Shown one piece after another: positions 36,020-45,900 of a stretch of DNA of 64,000 bases. The notes below the pieces were generated by a model, which made no database searches, was not told the DNA's origin, and saw only the letters and a program-made list of their open reading frames with translations. The position numbers and the translations under genes were made by a program. Within the stretch, counting starts at the first letter, position 1, and the number at the start of each line of letters is the position of its first letter. This DNA comes from a virus. Taxonomy: Duplodnaviria > Caudoviricetes. The stretch is taken from the IMG/VR virus record IMGVR_UViG_3300025751_000013, positions 45,901 to 109,900 of that record. The stretch is one strand, 5' to 3'.

Positions 36020-36450
36020 AAAAGTTCAATCATTTTAAAAATTGTTTCTAATTTAGCTTTATTAATTTTACTATTAAGAGTATTACGTAATCCTTGATGT
36101 AATGGTTTAGGCCAATTATTAAATGTTACCCACGCATATCCAGTATGTTCGCCATTTAATTTAGGAATAAATTCTTCTTCTATTATACAAAGATAAGTAT
36201 GAAATTGAAAGTGTTTATCGTTACTAATAAATGTTTCTAATGGAATTGTTTTTTTAATAGTAGGCAAACTTCCTATTTCTTCTACTATTTCACGCTTTAG
36301 CCCTTCCCACGGTGTTTCTGAGATTTCATTTGTTCCACCGACGATACCCCATTGGTTATTTCTTTTACTGCCATTTCTATATAGCAATAAAAATCTATTT
36401 GTATCTAATGTATAAAATAAAGCACCACTACAGGTAATATCACTCGTCAT
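36016..36450 (-). CDS. NUDIX (MutT-like) hydrolase
   Basis: Nudix box GGTNEISETPWEGLKREIVEEIG. Confidence 0.9.
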   Translation of the reverse strand: MTSDITCSGALFYTLDTNRFLLLYRNGSKRNNQWGIVGGTNEISETPWEGLKREIVEEIGSLPTIKKTIPLETFISNDKHFQFHTYLCIIEEEFIPKLNGEHTGYAWVTFNNWPKPLHQGLRNTLNSKINKAKLETIFKMIELF

Positions 36451-36458
36451 ACAAGTAG

Positions 36459-37871
36459 TTATACTTCTAAATCAATTCTCCATGTTCCTACTGGATATTC
36501 GCCATCAATGCTTAATAACCAAGATCCATTTGCATATCGATACTGTATACTTGTATTTAGATTTGTTGTATAGGTAATTGTAGTTGATTCACTTGCATCA
36601 AACACAATAACCCATTTAGCACCATCCCATTCTATTATATCGTTTGCACTAGCCACAAAGTTAGTATTATCGTTATTCTTCCATGCTACTGCGCCTTCAA
36701 CAGCATCGATATTACCAATGTCACCGAGTAATAGTAAGCGAACTCCGGATGCCTTTGTTGTTGTAGGATCAAATGTACTAGGGTCAATAATAAAATCTAC
36801 ACTTGTTCTGCCACTAATAATAGTATCTTGAGGGAAACTATCTGAATCCCAGGCTATATTTAAAACTGTTTCGTTTAATGGGTTTAAACTTATTGTGCCT
36901 GTTGGTGTTGCAGATGAATCTTTATTGTTTAGATATATTCTTGATATGTCGGCTGTAAACTTACCAGGTTGAGTTTCGAATACATCATTCCAGTTTATCG
37001 TACCTAAACTACCTTTATGTATTATTTTTGCAGTAGTACCTTCAACATAAATTGCATAATTTAAATAATTTACATTAGCCATTTGACTTGATATTTCTGT
37101 AACTGCTTTTCTGCCACTTGCTGTTTCTGTTACTCCGGCTGTAATTCCGTCATCGTATGCATTTACTTGAGGTTGCGTAATTCCAGATTCGATATCACCA
37201 GTAGTTTCATCAAATAGACTTGTAATAATATTTTGTATTACACCGAGACGTTTTACTTTTGCAGGCGGCGAAATATAAATCGGAATAATAAAACTAAGCG
37301 TAGCTATATCTACTTCGCTTTCTAATCCCACCGGTACAGTCCTATTACTCCAGTTAATATTTTCTAATTCTAGTGTAGTAATACTTGTCCAGTCAATAAA
37401 ATTATCCGTAGTCTGTAATTCTAGTGTAGGATTAAACCATACACCTATTTGTTCTATAATTTGTAATTTTTGATCTGTATTACTTGTCCATACATCAACA
37501 TTTGCTTTAAGTGTAAACGGAGTCGGCATTAAGCGTTCAACAGTATAATTTTTGCCTTGGGTATTAAGATATTCGTTTGTATTTTCATCAAACTCTCTTT
37601 CTTTAATATTAATTTTATTTACAAAAGATGGATCTTGTGTTCTTTCTCTATCTTGATCTAACCCTGTTATATAAACACTCATTCGTGGAACACTTGGTAA
37701 TTTATTTTCAGAATTATCTCTAATTAAGTTTGCTACTTGTCTAGTTAAATCGCCGTACATAACCGGTACAGTTGTTATTTTTCCTTTACCGTCCTTGACC
37801 GGAAAGTTGCTCATTATACGCATTAACTGTGTAATATAGCGCCTAATTTGTCCATCATAAAAATGTTGCAT
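36459..37871 (-). CDS. gp15: Tail sheath stabilizer / tail completion protein (T4 gp15-like)
   Basis: N-terminal HFYDGQIRRY, VPVMYG, PRMS, QKLQIIEQI..WFNP motifs; adjacent to the neck genes. Confidence 0.75.
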   Translation of the reverse strand: MQHFYDGQIRRYITQLMRIMSNFPVKDGKGKITTVPVMYGDLTRQVANLIRDNSENKLPSVPRMSVYITGLDQDRERTQDPSFVNKINIKEREFDENTNEYLNTQGKNYTVERLMPTPFTLKANVDVWTSNTDQKLQIIEQIGVWFNPTLELQTTDNFIDWTSITTLELENINWSNRTVPVGLESEVDIATLSFIIPIYISPPAKVKRLGVIQNIITSLFDETTGDIESGITQPQVNAYDDGITAGVTETASGRKAVTEISSQMANVNYLNYAIYVEGTTAKIIHKGSLGTINWNDVFETQPGKFTADISRIYLNNKDSSATPTGTISLNPLNETVLNIAWDSDSFPQDTIISGRTSVDFIIDPSTFDPTTTKASGVRLLLLGDIGNIDAVEGAVAWKNNDNTNFVASANDIIEWDGAKWVIVFDASESTTITYTTNLNTSIQYRYANGSWLLSIDGEYPVGTWRIDLEV

Positions 37872-39022
37872 TAATTATCTGCCTTTGGTTTTAGAGCTTT
37901 ACTAACAGATTGACGCTCGGGTATAGTATCGCCACCTATTGTGTTATTTGCACTATTATTAATAAATCCTGCTTTCAGCGTAGATCTTGTATTTGAATTT
38001 GTAAGTGTTTCACGTAAGTTATCTTCAACCTTAATCCACCTAGTTCCGTCAAATCTAAATAATCTATTAGGCATATAATCTGTTCTTAAAAAATAGTCTC
38101 CAGAATCGTTTGATCCTGGAAATGATATTCCGCTACCAAACGCACTACCGTTAGGTGTTTCACCGTCACCATAATCAACAAGATAACCAGAGTATCCGTC
38201 TTTTTCTGGAGGTCCACTTGTAGTAATGTTTCCGCCGCCGTTAGGATTTTCTATTTGCTGTAAGTCAGCAGTTCCGTCAGCATTACGTGCTATTGTGTAA
38301 AAATGACTAGTTTCATATCCACTTAATGGCGCTTCAACTTCTGCTTGAGCAATTACTGCGTTGTTTATCTGCATTTCTTTTTCGTAAGTAGAAAGCAAGT
38401 CACGTAAAGTATTGCTACCTGGTTCTTCTTCATTAGCAGGTAGATCTAATATCTCACTGTATTCCTGACCGTCGTATATTTGTTTTAGTTTTAATCTATA
38501 TAAATGTGGATACCATGTATGACTAAATCCTTCTGAACCTCTACTTACATCTTCTATTACATAAAACCGTTTTAATGCAATATCATAATCGTTTAGTGCA
38601 TACTCGTCTTTTAAATGTGGTAACTCAATAACATCACCACTTAACGGTTTACGACCTATTGTTTTTACAATACTTCTAATATGCACGGTCATAAACAATG
38701 TATCATTTGACAGGAACAATCCAAATTGACTCAAATCAAAATCAATGTCTTGTACATTATAAATTGCTCTGTGCGTGTATACATCTGGATCATATTTACG
38801 ATCTCTGTTTTCAAGAAATAACAAATCCTGTATGTTAGTTTCCTTTACAGCATCGTATTGAGGCTGTACTGCATCTGCTTCACCCTCAGGTAAATTGTTT
38901 GATCCAAGATATTTATGGATATGAATGTCGGTACCCCCAACAGTAAACATTTCTAGAATTTGTCTGTCAATAAATTCATAATCATTACCGCGTTCGGGTC
39001 TATATAAAGATAACTTTGGCAT
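37871..39022 (-). CDS. gp14: Neck protein (T4 gp14-like); likely start MPKLSLY
   Basis: LSQFGLF..D, GRKP..GDVIELP motifs; lies between gp13 and gp15 homologs. Confidence 0.65.
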   Translation of the reverse strand: MPKLSLYRPERGNDYEFIDRQILEMFTVGGTDIHIHKYLGSNNLPEGEADAVQPQYDAVKETNIQDLLFLENRDRKYDPDVYTHRAIYNVQDIDFDLSQFGLFLSNDTLFMTVHIRSIVKTIGRKPLSGDVIELPHLKDEYALNDYDIALKRFYVIEDVSRGSEGFSHTWYPHLYRLKLKQIYDGQEYSEILDLPANEEEPGSNTLRDLLSTYEKEMQINNAVIAQAEVEAPLSGYETSHFYTIARNADGTADLQQIENPNGGGNITTSGPPEKDGYSGYLVDYGDGETPNGSAFGSGISFPGSNDSGDYFLRTDYMPNRLFRFDGTRWIKVEDNLRETLTNSNTRSTLKAGFINNSANNTIGGDTIPERQSVSKALKPKADN

Positions 39023-39027
39023 ATACA

Positions 39028-39060
39028 TATTTATCGTAACGATAGTAACTACGATAAATA
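39028..39060. promoter_or_regulatory. Back-to-back divergent late promoters forming an 11-bp perfect inverted repeat
   Basis: TATTTATCGTA (39028-39038) and TACGATAAATA (39050-39060); each arm reads GATAAATA toward its gene. Confidence 0.75.
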
Positions 39061-39077
39061 CTATACGGAGATTTCAT

Positions 39078-39836
39078 ATGAGTAGTTTAAAAACAAAAAA
39101 GCAAGAGGTATTTGATTATGTTAACGCATTTTTAGGCGGAGGCATGATTGATGTTGAACTTGACCCAATACATTACGAAACTGCTTTAACAAAGGCATTA
39201 ACACGTTTTAGACAGCGCTCAGACAATTCAGTTGAAGAATCTTATATGTTTATGCCTACAATTGTAGACACTAATGAATATACGCTACCAAGTGAAGTAA
39301 TTGAAGTGCGTAAGTTATTTCGTAGATCAATTGGTTCACGTACTGGCGGCGGAGATGGTGGATCAATATACGAACCGTTTAATTTAGCATATACAAATAC
39401 ATATCTAATGTCTAGTTCAAATTTAGGCGGATTAGCAACATACGATATGTTTAGCCAATACCAAGAACTAGTAGGTAGAATGTTTGGTTCGTTTATTGAG
39501 TTTAAATGGAATACTTCGACTAAAAAATTAACGCTATTACAGCGTCCTAGATCAACCGAAACGTTAATGTTGTATTGCTATAATTATCGTCCAGATGAAC
39601 AGTTACTTGACGATTATCTAGCAAAACAATGGATTAAAGATTATACACTTGCTAGTTGTAAATATATGTTAGGCGAAGCACGTTCAAAGTTTGCTACTAT
39701 TGCTGGGCCTCAAGGTGGAAGTACTCTTAATGGTGACACACTTAAGGCAGAAGCACAAACTGAAATGGATAAGCTAGAACAGGAAGTTATACAACAAGTA
39801 GCAGGCGGCGCAGGTTATAGTTTCCTAATAGGTTAA
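39078..39836 (+). CDS. gp13: Neck protein (T4 gp13-like)
   Basis: LGGGMIDVEL, WIKDYTLA..K..LG..RSKF, GPQGG..LNG motifs. Confidence 0.85.
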   Translation: MSSLKTKKQEVFDYVNAFLGGGMIDVELDPIHYETALTKALTRFRQRSDNSVEESYMFMPTIVDTNEYTLPSEVIEVRKLFRRSIGSRTGGGDGGSIYEPFNLAYTNTYLMSSSNLGGLATYDMFSQYQELVGRMFGSFIEFKWNTSTKKLTLLQRPRSTETLMLYCYNYRPDEQLLDDYLAKQWIKDYTLASCKYMLGEARSKFATIAGPQGGSTLNGDTLKAEAQTEMDKLEQEVIQQVAGGAGYSFLIG

Positions 39837-40162
39837 AGATCGTTATCGTGTACATACAATTGAATTAGAGCATAGTGTAAAATTTTCATTAAATCTTTGC
39901 GAGCATCTGATGCTGTACCTTTTTTACCGTAACGGTTTGAATACTTATCAACATTACCCATACAGAAACCAGTTCCGTTTCCTCTGTCAATGATTACTTC
40001 AGTTGACTGAAATTTATTTGTGCTGTAATGTCCGTTATATGTTTTATCGATATATTCTTGAAACTCTTCAATATACTTTTTTTCGTCAAATTTGTAATCA
40101 ATAGACGCTGATTTTTCATTATCATTTAAATACAAATCTGATGTTACTTTTGTTAGTCCCAT
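39833..40162 (-). CDS. DUF3310 / SaV-like protein (family I recall as including the T7 gp1.7 nucleotide kinase)
   Basis: HY...GFCMGNVDKYSNRYGKKG...DLMKILHY motif. Start moved to the ATG at 40162, which has a GGAG SD. Confidence 0.7.
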   Translation of the reverse strand: MGLTKVTSDLYLNDNEKSASIDYKFDEKKYIEEFQEYIDKTYNGHYSTNKFQSTEVIIDRGNGTGFCMGNVDKYSNRYGKKGTASDARKDLMKILHYALIQLYVHDNDL

Positions 40163-40190
40163 GGGTGCTCCGTTTGTTTTAATAATATTA

Positions 40191-40219
40191 ATTATAACGT
40201 ATTTGTTATTCGATGTCAA
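40191..40219 (-). promoter_or_regulatory. Perfect sigma70 consensus promoter
   Basis: Minus strand TTGACA, 17-nt spacer, TATAAT upstream of the DUF3310 gene. Confidence 0.85.
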
Positions 40220-40220
40220 C

Positions 40221-40556
40221 CTAAAAGTCAGGCTTTAAATCACCTTGTTTCCATTTTACATCTATCTTCTGAACAATACGTTGACAATTAGCACATACGG
40301 TTTTTAGATTACTAGGTCGACAATTTTCCAAATTACCATCCATATGGTAAACGTCAAACTGTTCTTGATAAACACTCTTGTATCCGCATTTTTCGCATAT
40401 GTTCTTTTTTTCATATCCTGCTATCTGCCATCTTGGAATACCGTGTCCGAGTCCGTGTTTTAAACATTGTTCGCATTTGCGTCTATAAAATGTTTTACCA
40501 TTCTTTTTATAATTTATAGCAGCAGGGCGTTGTTTACATATGCATAAAGGTCTCAT
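40221..40556 (-). CDS. Small Zn-binding HNH-type endonuclease
   Basis: Several CxxC pairs; VYHMDGNLENCRPSNLKTVCANCQ resembles an HNH core. Confidence 0.7.
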   Translation of the reverse strand: MRPLCICKQRPAAINYKKNGKTFYRRKCEQCLKHGLGHGIPRWQIAGYEKKNICEKCGYKSVYQEQFDVYHMDGNLENCRPSNLKTVCANCQRIVQKIDVKWKQGDLKPDF

Positions 40557-40560
40557 ATTG

Positions 40561-40631
40561 TATTTATCGTACCTTTACCGCCCCTTTATCACCGAGTATT
40601 ACAAGCATATAAACCTAAAATCTAATAAATA
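40561..40631. promoter_or_regulatory. Divergent late promoters for the HNH gene (- strand) and tail sheath (+ strand)
   Basis: TATTTATC at 40561-40568 (GATAAATA on -) and AATAAATA at 40624-40631. Confidence 0.65.
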
Positions 40632-40659
40632 CTATAGTAATTAAACCTTTAGGAGAAAT

Positions 40660-43600
40660 ATGATGGCATTAGTATCACCAGGTGTTGAGGTTCAGGTAAT
40701 TGATGAGAGTTTTTACACTCCAGCTGCTCCTGGTACCGTACCAATGATATTTGTTGCTTCGGCAGAAGATAAAACAAATTCTGCAGGGACAGCCGTAGCA
40801 GCAGGAACAACAAAAGCAAATGCAGGTAAACCGTACCTGTTAACAAGTCAAAAAGATTTAGGAGATTTATTTGGAGATCCTACATTCTACTCAGACGCAA
40901 ACGGAAATATGATTCACGGTGGTGAATTAAACGAATATGGACTACAAGCAGCATACTCATTACTAGGAATTACAAACCAAGTTTATGTAGCAAGAGCAGA
41001 CTTTGACCTAGGCAAACTAGAAGCAAGTGCAACAGCTCCAGCAGGTAAGCCAACAGATGGTGCAAGTTGGTTTGATACAACAAATACTGTGTTTGGTTTA
41101 CTAGAATGGAATGGCAATGCAGTTAATACTACAGGCGGCCAGAGTTTTAGCTCAGTTACACCTTTAGTAATTACTGAGGCATCTGACACTGCAACAGGAA
41201 CAAATCCTTTAGCACCATCAGCAGCAGTAGGTGCAGTAGGTGATTATGCAGTAGTTACACTTAATACTTCAAACAATGTTTGGTATAAGAAAACAGGCGG
41301 AACTTGGGTTCAGGTTGGTTCAACAGATTGGGAAACAGCATGGCCTACAGTTTCAAGTATTGCACCAGTAGGTTCATTTACTGGCGGTGAGACTCTACTA
41401 ATTAACAGTACTACAATTACAGCATCAGGTAATACTCTTGCAGATTTAGTAAGTGATATTAACGGCGCAACAATTACTGGTGTAACAGCATCGCTAGTAA
41501 GCGGAAAGATATACATATATGCAGATAGAACTGCTAACACATCTGCTGGCACTGTAGTTATTGCAGCAGGTACAATGGATCTAGCAGCAGCTGGACTAGT
41601 AGCAGGTACATATGCAATTCCAGCAGTAGCAACCGCAGCCCACACAAGTGTTCCAGAATGGAAGTCGAGTGATACATCTCCACGTCCAACTGGCTCTGTT
41701 TGGTTAAAAACAACTAATCCAAACGGCGGTGCAAACTTCTCAGTTAAGAAATATAGCACAGATACAGGACTATGGTCAAGTGTATCTGCTCCACTTTATA
41801 CATCTAATGCAACAGCAATATATTGGTTAGATAAAACAGGCGGTGGTGCAAATTTAACTCTAGGTGACGTATATGTAAAAGTTAACATAACTGAAGCAGC
41901 AAGACCTATTGTTGATTACAAAATTTTTGCTAGAGCGGGTAACGGCGCTGCAACTGCAACAAGTCCAGTTATTACAGAAAGTACATTTGTTGCACAAGCA
42001 TATGATTTTACAATTTCTGAAACAGTAAAAAACAGTGCAGCATATAGTACTCCTGCAAGTGTTGCATTTACAGCAACAGGTGCAACAACTGATGCAACTT
42101 TAATGGCAGGTGCTATCAATGCAGCAGGACTTACAAACGTAACAGCAAGTGTTACATCTGACAATAAAATTGTTATTACACATGCATTAGGTGGTGAAAT
42201 CAAACTAGTTGATGGAACAAATACTCCACTTGCAGCAGCAGGTTTTGCAGTTTACGATGCAACTGATGCGACAACAACTACTAACTTTTATGCTGACCCA
42301 GATGGAACATCAAATGGTTATGTTGTTTCATTATGGAAAGTATTATCTTACTCAGCATCAGTAAGTGCTCCTAGCACATTAACAGCAGATGGTGAAATTT
42401 GGTATAGTAGTGTAATTGACGAAATAGACATTATGGTACATGATGGTGCTGATTGGAAAGGTTACGCAAATGAATTTGCAACAACTGATCCAGCAGGTCC
42501 AATTGTAAGTGCTACTGCTCCAACAGAGCAATCAGACGGTACTGCATTAGTAGATAATGATCTTTGGATTTCAACAGCAGATCTAGAAAACTTTCCAACT
42601 GTATATCGTTGGAATGCAACATTAAGCTCTTGGGCGGTTGTTGATAAAACAGATCAAACTACTGAAAACGGAATGCTATTTGCAGACGCACGTTGGTCAA
42701 CAACAGGCGGCACAGCAACAGCACATACAGCAGGCGATATAGTAGATATGCTATCAAGCAATTATCTAGATCCAGATGCTCCGGATCCAGCACTATATCC
42801 AAAAGGTATGCTGCTATGGAACCTACGTAGAAGCGGATTTAACGTTAAGCGTTTTGAGCGTAACTATGTAGACACAGGTGAAACTAACCCACGTCAGTCA
42901 GATGCAAGTATGGCAAACTACTATCCACATCGTTGGGTAACTGACTCATCAAATCAACCAGACGGCTCGGGTACATTTGGACGCCACGCACAGCGTAAGT
43001 CAGTTGTACAAGCACTACAAGCAATGGTTAACGGTAACCAAGATATCAGAGATGACGAAACAAGAGTATTCAATATAATGGCTACTCCAGGTTATCCTGA
43101 ACTAATTGGTGAAATGGTAACTCTAAACTATGACAGAAAGCTAACAGCATTTGTTGTAGGTGATACACCATTTAGACTAACACCAGATGCAACATCACTA
43201 AACAACTGGGCAACAAACGTTGCACTAGCTGTTGAAGATAACGATGACGGTGCAGTATCTAAAGACGAATACTTAGGCATGTATTACCCAAGTGGCTTTA
43301 CAAGTGATAACGCAGGTAATAATGTTGTTGTTCCAGCTTCGCATATGGCGCTAAGAACAATAGTATTAAACGACCAAGTTGCTTATCCTTGGTATGCTCC
43401 AGCAGGCTCAAGACGCGGCGGAGTTAGCAATGCTTCAGCAGCAGGTTATATTAATGCTGAGGGAGAATTTGTTTCAATTGCACTAAATGCAGGACAGCGT
43501 GATGTACTATATTCAAATAGCATCAACCCAATTACACCAGTAGCTGGTGCAGGATTGTTAGTATTTGGACAAAAAACTCGTGCTAGAAGTGCAAGTGCAT

Positions 43601-43923
43601 TAGACAGAGTTAACGTTGCAAGACTAACAGTTTACTTACGTAGACAGTTAGAAATACTTGCAAGACCATATCTATTTGAACCAAACGATGCAGCAACAAG
43701 ATCACAAGTTAAAGCAGCAGCAGATGCGCTACTACTAGAACTTGTAAATCTAAGAGCATTGTATGACTTTGTAACTGTATGTGATACAACAAATAACACT
43801 ACAGCTAGAATAGATAGAAATGAGTTGTATTTAGATATAGCCATTGAGCCAGTTAAGTCAATTGAGTTTATTTACATTCCATTGAGAATTAAGAACACAG
43901 GCGAAATAGCAGCATTAGGTTAA
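40660..43923 (+). CDS. gp18: Contractile tail sheath protein (T4 gp18-like), 1,087 aa with large insertions
   Basis: ALVSPGVEV..IDES, FGDP, PWYAPAG..RG, LY.NSINPI, FGQKT, ALDRVNVARL, FEPND, NNT..RIDRNEL..DIAIEPVK.IEFIYI. The start may be the ATG at 40663. Confidence 0.95.
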   Translation: MMALVSPGVEVQVIDESFYTPAAPGTVPMIFVASAEDKTNSAGTAVAAGTTKANAGKPYLLTSQKDLGDLFGDPTFYSDANGNMIHGGELNEYGLQAAYSLLGITNQVYVARADFDLGKLEASATAPAGKPTDGASWFDTTNTVFGLLEWNGNAVNTTGGQSFSSVTPLVITEASDTATGTNPLAPSAAVGAVGDYAVVTLNTSNNVWYKKTGGTWVQVGSTDWETAWPTVSSIAPVGSFTGGETLLINSTTITASGNTLADLVSDINGATITGVTASLVSGKIYIYADRTANTSAGTVVIAAGTMDLAAAGLVAGTYAIPAVATAAHTSVPEWKSSDTSPRPTGSVWLKTTNPNGGANFSVKKYSTDTGLWSSVSAPLYTSNATAIYWLDKTGGGANLTLGDVYVKVNITEAARPIVDYKIFARAGNGAATATSPVITESTFVAQAYDFTISETVKNSAAYSTPASVAFTATGATTDATLMAGAINAAGLTNVTASVTSDNKIVITHALGGEIKLVDGTNTPLAAAGFAVYDATDATTTTNFYADPDGTSNGYVVSLWKVLSYSASVSAPSTLTADGEIWYSSVIDEIDIMVHDGADWKGYANEFATTDPAGPIVSATAPTEQSDGTALVDNDLWISTADLENFPTVYRWNATLSSWAVVDKTDQTTENGMLFADARWSTTGGTATAHTAGDIVDMLSSNYLDPDAPDPALYPKGMLLWNLRRSGFNVKRFERNYVDTGETNPRQSDASMANYYPHRWVTDSSNQPDGSGTFGRHAQRKSVVQALQAMVNGNQDIRDDETRVFNIMATPGYPELIGEMVTLNYDRKLTAFVVGDTPFRLTPDATSLNNWATNVALAVEDNDDGAVSKDEYLGMYYPSGFTSDNAGNNVVVPASHMALRTIVLNDQVAYPWYAPAGSRRGGVSNASAAGYINAEGEFVSIALNAGQRDVLYSNSINPITPVAGAGLLVFGQKTRARSASALDRVNVARLTVYLRRQLEILARPYLFEPNDAATRSQVKAAADALLLELVNLRALYDFVTVCDTTNNTTARIDRNELYLDIAIEPVKSIEFIYIPLRIKNTGEIAALG

Positions 43924-43931
43924 TGCTAAAA

Positions 43932-43957
43932 TAAGGGCTCTTTAATTAGAGCCCTTA
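43932..43957 (+). terminator. Stem-loop after the sheath gene, followed by late box GATAAATA (43962-43969)
   Basis: TAAGGGCTCT / AGAGCCCTTA 10-bp stem; weak U tract. Confidence 0.6.
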
Positions 43958-43990
43958 ATATGATAAATACTACTGTATTAGGAGAATAGA

Positions 43991-44614
43991 ATGCCAGTAA
44001 CAACATTACAAAATTTATCAGTTCCGTTCGAGGGTGAACAGAACTCATCGCTATTGATGCCAAAGCTTCAATATCGTTTTAGAGTATCATTTACAAGCTT
44101 TGGTGCAACTGTAGACGACAACGTAAAAGTCATGCAAGCACAAGTTGTAGATGTAACTCGTCCAAATTTAACATTTGAACAAATCACATTAGATGCTTAT
44201 AACTCAAGAACATATCTTGCAGGTAAGCACACTTGGGACCCTATCTCGCTTACGTTGCGTGAAGATTCAAGTAACAATGTACAAAGAGCAGTTGGCAGCC
44301 AGCTACAGAAACAGTTCGACTTCTTTGAACAAGCTAGTGCAGCATCAGGCGGCAACTACAAATTCCAAACTGTTATTGAAATGCTAGACGGCGGCAATGC
44401 AGGTGTAGGACCACAAGTTTTAGATAGATTCGAACTTAAAGGCTGCTACATTGAATCAGCAAACTATAACACATTAGCATACGGCACAAGTGATGCAGTC
44501 ACAGTTTCATTAAGTATCCGTTATGATAATGCTATACAAAAAGGTACTGACGGAGGCGCTGTAACTGGCGTTGGCGAAGTAACGCCTAGAGGGCTTGGTG
44601 CCGGCGTAGTATAA
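43991..44614 (+). CDS. gp19: Tail tube protein (gp19-like)
   Basis: Follows the sheath; PKLQYRFRV, RPN..F, YLAGKHTWDPI, L.GC, I.YDNA motifs. Confidence 0.85.
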   Translation: MPVTTLQNLSVPFEGEQNSSLLMPKLQYRFRVSFTSFGATVDDNVKVMQAQVVDVTRPNLTFEQITLDAYNSRTYLAGKHTWDPISLTLREDSSNNVQRAVGSQLQKQFDFFEQASAASGGNYKFQTVIEMLDGGNAGVGPQVLDRFELKGCYIESANYNTLAYGTSDAVTVSLSIRYDNAIQKGTDGGAVTGVGEVTPRGLGAGVV

Positions 44615-44637
44615 AATACTTAGATTGGATTCTATTC

Positions 44638-44669
44638 AAAACGGAGGCTTTACGTCTCCGTTTTTTTTT
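44638..44669 (+). terminator. Intrinsic terminator
   Basis: AAAACGGAGGC-TTTAC-GTCTCCGTTTT stem with a T9 tract. Confidence 0.85.
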
Positions 44670-44682
44670 AGATAAATACATT

Positions 44683-45900
44683 ATGGCATATCAATATAGT
44701 AATAACAATAATATACATTTAAAAGATGCACAACATGCACAAAACTTTTATACACAAAGTTCTTTGAGGTTTGCGCCAAATGTAAAGTATCTTTACCATG
44801 TTGTCTTTAATTTAAAAAAAGCAGTAGGTGTAGGTGCTACACCAAACGACGAAGTTGCAAGATTTGCGCCAAACACGTCGAGGCTTTTAAAAGAAATTGC
44901 AGTGATGGTTAAAACAGCAGATTTACCTCAATATACTGCAAGTGTTGATACTAAAAATCAATATAATAGAAAAAAGAATATTCAAACTAGGATCGATTAT
45001 TCTCCCGTTACTATAACACTTCATGATGATAACAGTAGTGTAACATCTACTATGATGAAAGAATACTATAATTATTATTATACAGACGGCGTGAATTCAC
45101 CGACAGCATATTCTACACGTAACAAATATAATTCAAATAATAGATCTAGATACGGTTTAGATAACGATAAAACTGATACATTTTTTGATAATATTAAAAT
45201 ATTCCAATTAGGTAGACAGCGATGGTATAGTTATACATTAGTAAACCCTCTTGTTACTTCTTGGGGGCACGATTCATTAGATTATTCCGATGGTGCAGGA
45301 ACACTTGAAAATACTATGACAATAAATTATGAATCAGTATTTTACGACAACGGTAAGGTAGGCGAAAATAGTGAACCTATTAACTTTGAAGATCCTAGCT
45401 TTTATGATACAACTCCTAGCCCGTTAGAAGCAACTGGATCATCCGGATGGGTGAATCCTGATATTTCAAATGTGATACCTTCACCCGTTAGCGGATTAGT
45501 AAATACTCTTAACACAATTACTAATATAGCAAACACGGCATCTACAGTGGCAAATGTATTTAATCAGTTCGAAGGTTTATCTAGAGGAGCACAAATAGGC
45601 TCTGCTGCAATACTTGCAAGTAGATTGATTCCTCAACAACCAACTGTTTTATCAGGAGCACAAATAGCATCTGAAATTAATGCTTCACCTCAATTTGGAG
45701 CAGTGTTAACTAAACAGGCTGTACTAAAAGGATATGTTCCTGGTTTTGATTCAACTAATGCATGGCAATACGACGAATTAAGTACAACGGAAAAGAATGA
45801 TATAATGAATGATGTGTTTGCAAAGTCGACACAGGTTGAAGAAACAGCAGAGTCATTACCAATTAAGAGACTTGCAACAAATATAATTCAAGGTGGATAA
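44683..45900 (+). CDS. Tail-tube-fold baseplate/tube initiator protein (gp54/gp48-like)
   Basis: VKTADLP...NQYNRK...Y.P.TITLHDD...I.YE tube-family motifs; follows gp19. Confidence 0.6.
   Translation: MAYQYSNNNNIHLKDAQHAQNFYTQSSLRFAPNVKYLYHVVFNLKKAVGVGATPNDEVARFAPNTSRLLKEIAVMVKTADLPQYTASVDTKNQYNRKKNIQTRIDYSPVTITLHDDNSSVTSTMMKEYYNYYYTDGVNSPTAYSTRNKYNSNNRSRYGLDNDKTDTFFDNIKIFQLGRQRWYSYTLVNPLVTSWGHDSLDYSDGAGTLENTMTINYESVFYDNGKVGENSEPINFEDPSFYDTTPSPLEATGSSGWVNPDISNVIPSPVSGLVNTLNTITNIANTASTVANVFNQFEGLSRGAQIGSAAILASRLIPQQPTVLSGAQIASEINASPQFGAVLTKQAVLKGYVPGFDSTNAWQYDELSTTEKNDIMNDVFAKSTQVEETAESLPIKRLATNIIQGG

Noticed and set aside
40163-40219. ORF-track N-terminal extensions (40219, also 4976, 48784, 55502, 57602, 59119)
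   Set aside because: Downstream ATGs have better SD spacing or ATGA coupling; the 40219 start lies within the -35 box.
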